Positions 55,276 to 64,000 of a DNA stretch of 64,000 bases are shown piece after piece. The position numbers and the translations under genes were made by a program. The notes beneath the pieces are model-generated. The model was not told the DNA's origin, made no database searches, and worked only from the letters and a program-made list of their open reading frames with translations. Each line of letters starts with the position of its first letter. Position 1 is the stretch's first letter. This DNA comes from the human T2T-CHM13v2.0 reference genome, Homo sapiens: NCBI RefSeq assembly GCF_009914755.1, contig NC_060932.1, one strand, 5' to 3'.

Positions 55276-58200
55276 ACAATTTTATATCCTGCCACAGTAA
55301 GCTTCATGAATGGAAAACAATAAAGTCTTTCCCAGACAAGGAAACACTGAGGTAATTCACCACCAGTAGACTGGTTCTATGAGAAATGTTCAAAGGAGTT
55401 CTAAATATAGAAATGAAAGATCAATATTCACCATCATAAAAATCACATGAAAGTCTGAAACTCACAGACTTGTTAAACAATTACACGAAGAAGGAAGAGA
55501 CAGAAATAAAAGGGCACATGATAAAATTCCACCAAACCACATGGACAAACAGGAAAAAAAAAAAAGAAGAAACAGATTAAATATTCCACAAGACAACTAA
55601 AAAACAATTATGACAGGAACAAACCTGATTTATCAACATTAACATTGAAAGTAAATGGACTAATTGCTCCCCTTAAAAGATAAAAATTGGTGAAATGAAT
55701 TTTTTTAATAAACCAATTGTATGCTGCTTACAAGAAACTCATCTTTCTGGTAAAAACACATATAGGCTGAAGGTAAAGGGATGGAAAAAGATATTCCTTG
55801 CAAACAGAAACTAAAAGCAGCAGGAGTAGCTATGTTTACATCAGATAACACAGACATTAAATCAAAAACAGTAAAAAAAAAAGACAAAGAAGGTCATTAT
55901 ATAATGAGAAAGGAAACAATTCAACAAGCAGATATAACAATCCTAAATATATGTGCACCCAACACCATAACACTCAGATTCATGAAACAAATATTACTAG
56001 ACCTAAAAAAGGGGAAGACAGCAATGCAGTCATAGTAGGGGACTTCAAAACCTTCCCACACACAGCATTACACAGGTCTCTGAGACAGAAAGTCAACAAA
56101 GAAATATTGGACTTAAATTGGACTTTACACCAAATGGATCTAATAGACATTTTCAAAACGGTCTACCTAACAACTGATAGACATTATTCTCATCAGCACA
56201 TGGAAAATTATTCATGGTAGACCATATGTTAGACCACAAAAAAGTTTCAATACATTTTTAAAAATCAAAATCATATTACGTATCTTCTTGGGCCACAGTG
56301 AGACAACACTAAAAATCAATACCAAGAAAAACTCTTGGAACTGTGCAAATATATGGAAATTAAACAACAGAATCCTAAATGATCTTTGAGCCAGTGATGA
56401 AATTAAGATGAAAATTAAAAAATTTTTGAGAGGAATGAAAACACAGACACAACATACCAAAACCTCTGAGATACAGCAAAAGCAGTGCTAAGAGGGAAGT
56501 TTACAGTGTTAAAGGCCTACATTGAAAAAATAGGATGATTACAAATTAACAACCTAATCTCACACGTCAAGGAACTAGAGAAATAAGAACAAACCAAACT
56601 CAAAGCCAGCAGAAGAAAAGAAATAACAAATATTAGAGCAGAACTAAATAAAATTGAGAGCAAAAAATAAAACAAAGAATCAATGAAACAAAAAGATGAT
56701 TCTTTGAGAAGATACACAAAATTGTTAAACTGCTGGCTAGACAACAAAGAAAAGGAGAAAGAAAATCAAAATAAATGTAAATAAATATGAGGAATATGAG
56801 AAATAAAAAGGAGACATTACAACTGATATTGTTGAAATACATTGAAATACAAAGGATCTTCTGAAACTACCAAAAACAACCATAAGTTCACAAACTAGAA
56901 ACCTAGAGGAAATGAATAAATTCCTGAAAATACACAACTTCCCATGATTGAACCAGGAAGAAATAGGAATCCTGAACATACCAATATGTAATAGTGTGAT
57001 TGAATCAGTAATAAGAAAATCTGCCACCACTACCAACAACAAAAGGCCATGACCATATGAAATCTCAGCTGACTTCTACCAAATGTAGAAAGAACTGGTA
57101 CCAATCTTCCTGAAACTTTTCCAAAAAGTCGAGGAGGAGGGAATCCTCCCTAACTCATTCTATGAAGCTTTGGTATCAGGATGATACCTTGTCTGGCTTT
57201 GGTATCAGGATGATACCAAAGAACACAACAAAAATAGAAAAATACAGATTAATATCCCTTATGAACATAGGTGTAAAAATCCTCAAATGAATACTAGCAA
57301 ACTGAATCAAGAGTACATCAAAAAAAAAAAGCTATTACATCATGATAAGGTTGATTTTATTCAAGGTATGTAAGGGTGGTTCAACATACACAAGTCAATA
57401 AACATGATTCATTACATAAATAGAATTAAAGACAAAACAATATGATTATCTCCATAGATGCAAAAAACCATTTGCTAATATCCGACATCCATTCACAATA
57501 AAAGCCCTCAACAAACTAGGCATAGAAGGAACATACTTCAAAATAATAAAGGCTATAGATGGCAAACCCACAGCCAACATCATACTAAACAAAGAAAAGC
57601 TGATAGCAATTCCTCTAAGAATTGAAACAAGACAAGTATGCCCAATTTCACCACTTCTATTCAATGTAGTGTTAGAAGTCCTAGTCAGAGCAATTAGACA
57701 AAAGAAAGAAATAAAAGGCATCCAAATCTGAAATGAGGAATTCAAATTATCTCTGGTTGAACATATGATTTTATACCTGGAAAACCCAAAAGACCTCCAA
57801 AACACTCTTAGATTTGATAAATGAATTCAGCAATGTTTCAGGATCCCAAATCAACATACAAAAAGCAGTAGCATTTCTATTCACAAATAACAATCAAGCT
57901 GAGAACAAAGAAGCCAATCCCATTTACCATAGCTACAAAAAAATAAAGTAACAAGAGATATATTAGACCAAGGGGGTAAAAGATCTCTACAGGGATAAAT
58001 TACAAAAAACTGAGGAAATCATGAAGGGCACAAATGAATGGGAAAACATCCCATGCTCATGGATTGAAAGAATTAATATCATGAAAATGGCCATATTTCC
58101 CAAAGCAATCTAGAAATTCATTGCAATTCCTATCAAAATACCAATGTCACTTTTGCAGAATTGGAAAAAAAACTTAAAATTTACATGAAGCTTAAAAAGA

Positions 58201-60199
58201 GCCTGAATACCAAAAGAAATCCTAAGCAAAAAGGCCAAAGCTGGAGGTATCATATTACCTGACCTCAAATTATACTACAAGGCTATAGTAAAAAAACCGG
58301 CATGGTACTGGTATAAAAATAAACACAAAGATCAATGAAACAGAACAGGGAACCCAGAAAAAAACGCTACATATCTGCAACCAACTGATCTTTGACACAA
58401 TCAACAAAAATATACACTGGGAAAAGGATACTCTTTTCAATAAATGATGCTGGGAATATTGGATTGCCATATGCAGAAGAATGGAACTGGACCCCTAAGT
58501 CTCACCCTGTACAAAAATCAGCACAAAGTGGATGAAAGACTTAACTGTAAAACCTGAAACTATAAAAAGCATTGAAGAAAACCTAGGAAAAACTCTTTTT
58601 GCCATTAGTCTAGGTGAGGAATTCATGACTAAGGCCTCAAAATCACAAACAACAAAAACATAAACAGACAACTGGAACTTAATTAAACTAAAAAGCTTCT
58701 GCATAGCAAAAGATGTAATCAACAGAGTTAACAGAAGACCTACAGAATAAGAAAAAAGCCTGGAAAACTATACATTCTACAGGGAGCTGATATCCAGATT
58801 TTACAAGGAACTCAAATAACTCAGCAACAACAAAATCCAATAACCTCATTAAAAAGTGGGCAAATGACATGAATAGACATTTTTCAAAAAAAAATACAAA
58901 TGGCCAAAAACAACATATGAAAAGATGATCAATATCACTAATTATCAGAGAAATGCAAATTAAAACCACAATGTAATATCACCATACATAAGTCAGAAGA
59001 GCTTTTATTAAAAAGATAAAAAAAACAGATGTTTGCGAGAATGCAGAGAAAAAGGAACACTCATACACTGTTGGTGGAAATGTAAATTAGTAAAACGTCT
59101 ATGGAAAACAGTATAGAGATTTCTCAAAGAACTGAAAATAGAACTACCATTCAACACAACAATCCCACTACTGAGTATCTACCCAAAGGAAAAGAAATTA
59201 TTATATAAAAATAATTTGCACTTATATGTTCATTGCAGCACTATTCACAGTAGCAAAGATGTGGAATCAATCTAAGTGTTTATCAGCAGATGAGTGGATA
59301 AAGGAAATATGGTACATATACACAATGGAATACTATTCAGCCATATAAAAGAATAAAATTATGTATTTTGCAATAATGTAGATGGAACTGGAGGCCATTA
59401 TCTTAAGTGAAACAACTCAGACACTGAAAGTCAAATGCTACAAGTTCTCATGTGTAAGTGGAAACTAAATAATGTGCACACATGGACTTAGACTGTGGAA
59501 TAGTAGACACTGGAGACTTCAAAGGGTGGGCAGATGGTGAGGAATAAAGATGAGAAACTACTTAATGAGTACAATGTACATTACTCAGATGATGGTTACC
59601 CTAAAAGCCGACTTCACTACACAATGCATTCATGTAACAAAACTGCACCTGTACCCCTTAACTTTATACAAATAAAATATAAATAATAAATTTAAATATC
59701 CAGATGAGATCACATAGGGACTGAATGTAAATATTTGAAGAATGCATTTCTGTTAGCATATTAATTTTTGGCTTTCACCATTCTTCATAAATGAGTGTTG
59801 ATGATTAAAAAGAGAAGCAGACCACATATTCATATATATCTCTATATCTTTATATCTCTCTATCTATTGCAACTCTCTACAAATAGTACTATATGTAACT
59901 TCAGGGAAAATATGAAAATGTGTCTTTCTATTTCTTAAATAGATTCACTAAAATTTATCTGCTTTCTGACAAGCCAGCACATTTTTCCTTATAACTCATA
60001 CATAATTGAAAACAACAAACAGCTTACTGTCATAAAGAACTTTTTATGTGATAGTAAAAGATCTTCTTGCACATGTTAGTACTGGTCATAAACAGCACAC
60101 TGAAGTCAAAAATAAATGACATGAGCAAGAAATTTTATTAGATTTTTAAATTAGAATGCGTAAAATTCCACCATGTTATGGTTGCTAATAAATTCAATT

Positions 60200-60600
60200 C
60201 AATTAAACAAACATTCATTGTGTGTCTATTCTGTGCCTGGCACTGTGCTAGGGGGAAAAATGTGAAGATAAGCCAAAAAAAGTCACAGACTCTGGAGTTT
60301 ACTGCTTAGCAGGAGAGAACTTTAATAATCAGAATACTGTGTCTATAATTACATGTTGAGATAAAATATGTTAAAGGTGTCAACATGTATTTATAAAAGC
60401 ATATAATAATAACTGACAGTCTGAGAAGTCACTGATGACTTCCTGAGAAAGTGACATTGGAACCTGGAAGAGGAGTTTACAACGCGAATGGGAGCTGGGA
60501 GATGGGTACTGTGTGTCCCACAGAATGAGGAATGTTCTATGTTAGATGGAGAATTAAAAAGAATGATGAGAAATAAGGCTGTAGAAACTTCACCCTGCTT
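60200..60600 (-). mobile_element. L2 3' end relic
   Basis: AACAAACATTCATTGTGTGTCTATTCTGTGCCTGGCACTGTGCTAGG..GACTTCCTGAGAAAGTGACATT. Confidence 0.7.
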
Positions 60601-60799
60601 TCGAGGATTTGGCAAACTTTTAAAATTTTTTATACGGTTTACTTTTATAATCTAGAAAATATAATACATTTTATCATCCCAAAGATTGTTTTCACTCAAA
60701 TATTGTAGAATTCCAGGATCCCAGCTCCCAATTTTTAAGTTAAGGGTGCTGTCCATGGTGCTAGTAAATAGCTGTAAGAAAAGTGAGATGATCTAAACT

Positions 60800-61150
60800 G
60801 AGGTTCTCATACCTGACCTTACTTTGGAATCACCAAAAAGCCACTTCCAAGATTCGCTGTATTATAACCAGTAGGATAATGAGCCCATGAGTAAGGGATT
60901 AAAGTCCTTGAGTGTATTTTTATAGGTATCAGCTCCTAGGTGAATCTGACATGTAATCTGTAAAAGAGCTTCCCAGGCCCACCATCCAGAATAATGTTTT
61001 CAACCTTGGTACATATGAAATACATGTAAAACTTTGAAAACTATACACAACCAGATTCTTCTCCAGAATAATTAAATCAGAATTCCCAGAGGAGAAATCC
61101 AGTAATGGGTATTAACTCACAGCTCCCCAGATAATTCTAACAGGCAGTTA
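60800..61150. mobile_element. MER5-like hAT relics (two degraded copies)
   Basis: GGTTCTCATACCTG..GGAATCACC; AAATCAGAATTCCC..AGCTCCCCAGATAATTCTAA. Confidence 0.55.
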
Positions 61151-64000
61151 TTGCCCACATGAAGGGATTTGAATTGGGAGATGGGAATATGGTCAATTTT
61201 ATGTGTAAAATGATTTACTAAAAAGGTTATCTCTAAAGAGTTTATAATATCACCACACACACACACACGTCATATTTTTCCAGACATTTAAATAAACTGA
61301 ATAAGAGCATGTAAATGCAATTATTGAGAACTACCTATTATGTTTTATTTAAATGTTAATATAAAACCTACCAAAATTATTCAATGAAGACTGATTAATT
61401 TGAATACCAATAACTTCATAACAGTATTTTTAGTCAGGATAAGTTCAAACACATATTTTGATTGAGTATGCATTATGTTACAATTTCCTTGTGAAAGTAA
61501 ATCAAGCGCTAAGTGGCAATTTAAAGGCTTATTTTTACAGGTCAGCAGAAATACAGATATTTTGTGTTTGATGTTATAATTCACTACATTTCTCTCCTAT
61601 ACCTCTGGCTTAGGAATCATTCAAGAAGTAAAACTAGTATTCAGCAGATGAAAATAAGATAAATATATGAACTTTATTGTTTTAATAAAAGAATGTAGAG
61701 AATACAATTTAAATGGAAAGCTACAGTTCGGCTTTTGATACTTCCCTGGAAGTACAACAATAAGAGATGATCTATCCATAAGAAAGCTATTTCTCTTTCC
61801 TTGGAGAAGATTGAGTAAGAAATAGACAGAAGCTAGAAATCCTTCTTGCATTCTCTTTTTTCCTAAGGACTGAAGTATAAATTTCACCCCCAATATTAGA
61901 ATGTGGAGTATGAAATATAAGTATTCTCAACTACAAAGGTGTACTTTAAATTTTTAAAATATTTAATCCAGAAAGAACTACAAATAAAACTTGAGTATAG
62001 GATAACTTGTTAGCTCAGGAATTATTTCTTTGGATGAATATGTTCATCATCAATTTACCATATGTAAATGTAAAAATCCATTTTCAAATATCAGGAGAAT
62101 GTAAAAATGGGCCATGTATAAATTATTTGACATTAATCTTTAAAAATGATTTTGCTTTAATTTTAAGCCTTTTTTTGCTTTTATTCAAAGTAGCTCCTAT
62201 AAAGGCTTACTCCTACTTATCACTGCAGCAAACCCAGTGACTATATTCCTGGCAAATAAGGAACACTGTATAATCTAAGGTAGAGATTTGCCTTGCATTG
62301 GCTGTGATCTTGGTTTCAATGTACTATTTTCTCATAATGTTCCAATCAACTGGTTGATCTGATACAGTTAATCAACCAATTAGTAAAAATGGGTGTATAA
62401 ATTGACAGATTATTAGAATGATTTTATTCATCAGTACAATATAATTCAAACTAAATGTTTAGAAGACACATGGCTATCCACCCAGACTGTAATTTTAACA
62501 TCCTCAATAGTGCTGTACTGGGTCTTTCTACAACAGGCCCCTTGCACCACTTTCCCCACCAATGCCTTGTTTATTACAGACAATCAATAATTACTGAACT
62601 ATATAAATAATATGATATTGTATCGGTGACCCTAACACCTCATATTTACTGAATCTGATTTCTGCACTTCTATATAACCAGGAGTGTTCCTTGGATCTAC
62701 TCACAATTCTCTCAACTGTGAAAAAAAAAAAACCCAGCGTGAGAATCAAAATCATATGAAATAAAATGAAAAAAGGTGTTTCTCTCAGAAACACTAAGCT
62801 TCAATTCTGTAATAAATGTTAACAAAAGAAACAATATGAAAAAAATTAAAGTGGCCCAAAAGACAGATTATAAGGTTATGTAGTTGATGTCAAAAATCAA
62901 CTGGATATCATTTATCCACAGGTACTGAATACTTGCTAAATGCCAAATACTGCTGGGTGTTGATAATATAAAGGTCTCAAGTAAGGACAAGTTACCAGTT
63001 GTAGATGTAGCATGTAATGGTGGTGGTAGTGGTGATAGTAGTGTAGGAAGTAGTAATAGTAATAATAATTGTAATGAGTTTGATAATTTTACAAAAATTG
63101 ATTGGATATTATTAGACTCTAAGAACAAAGCTGTCAGATAGGGTGGCTCTTATTAATCCTCATGTTTCACATAAGCAAAATAAGTGTCATAATTATGGGT
63201 ATACAGCAATAATATACTAATTCCATGAAGAAACAAAACTAGGGAAGAGAAAAGGTTAATAAAACTAACTTAAAATGCAAAATGAAGGTCCATGGCCAGC
63301 CAGCAGGAAAAAAAAAAAAAAAATCATAGCAGAAAATCTCAGCATAGGGCAAAGACAATGAGAACAATAAAAGTGAATTGATGCGAAATTAAGCTCTTCG
63401 GGCTTCTGCCTCATTGCACATCAAATTGAACCTTTAGCCTGGGGATGGGCAAGTCCAGTTTCAGGGTGCACTGGGTCAGTGGGTTACTACTCTATTTGCA
63501 TCAGCCCAGAAATCTCATTTATCAGCCCAGTCCCATCAACTAGGCTCTGAAATACGTTGGAACAAAAAGAGGAAAATCAGGGCAACTGCATTTTCCTCAG
63601 AGCAAGGAGATATGTAAATGGCTTAAATGCAAACTCATGTTTTATTTATCATGTTTCAAGTGATAAAATTTTAAGGGATACATCAAATAAGGCAGATAAG
63701 TCACGTTAATGGCCCTGGGTATTAGTGCTTTGTTTTATCTCCAGCTTTCCTTCATAGCATCATTTAACCTCCATGTTCCCTTGTCTACACTAGAAAGAAA
63801 AGCCTAATTTGTTTCTTTACTAGGACTTATAGGAGAAATAATAAAAATGATTGAAAAGGACATTTTAAAAATAATGTATTTTAAAATGCTTATGTCATAT
63901 ATATAACCAACAGGCACAAAGATTAAGACCTCAAAGGAACAAGAAGCCCAGAATTTAAGACACTAAATGAGGGAGGCCAAAATCAGAAGGCATACTAGAT

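Larger units (their letters stand above)
53905..59693 (+). mobile_element. L1PB4-like element: ORF1, ORF2 and 3'UTR relic
   Basis: Decayed ORF1 and ORF2 (AGVAMFTSDNTDIK..KDKEGHYIM; IVGDF). 3'UTR GATGAGAAACTACTTAATGAGTACAATGTAC..GTAACAAAACTGCACCTGTACCCC, then an A-rich tail. Confidence 0.88.

Overview
This is AT-rich, CpG-poor primate (human or great-ape-like) non-coding DNA, either intergenic or deep intronic. I found no supportable host protein-coding gene, RNA gene, CpG island or CRISPR array. The listed ORFs are decayed LINE-1 ORF1/ORF2 pieces, Alu or MaLR read-throughs, microsatellite translations or chance ORFs. Much of the window is transposon-derived: THE1/MST/MLT1 MaLR LTRs (one near-complete THE1 provirus), an ancient ERVL pol/integrase relic, many L1s (L1PA, L1PB, L1MA, L1M), Alus (J, S, Y), L2/MIR relics, DNA transposon relics (Tigger2a, MER3/33, MER5) and several microsatellites. 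The best second-look items are: (1) a ~760-bp young 'mini-L1' whose 5'UTR is joined directly to the ORF2 3' end with no TSD; (2) a 17.5-kb multi-level nest inside an L2 that includes a twin-primed inverted L1; (3) a ~340-bp unidentified insert with a hairpin inside L1 ORF1; (4) an inverted MLT1 pair more alike than expected, flanking a candidate exon; (5) several template-switch palindromes and micro-duplications. I see no convincing novel biological system. Subfamily calls come from remembered consensus sequences and need RepeatMasker/Dfam confirmation. Boundaries of old repeats are approximate.
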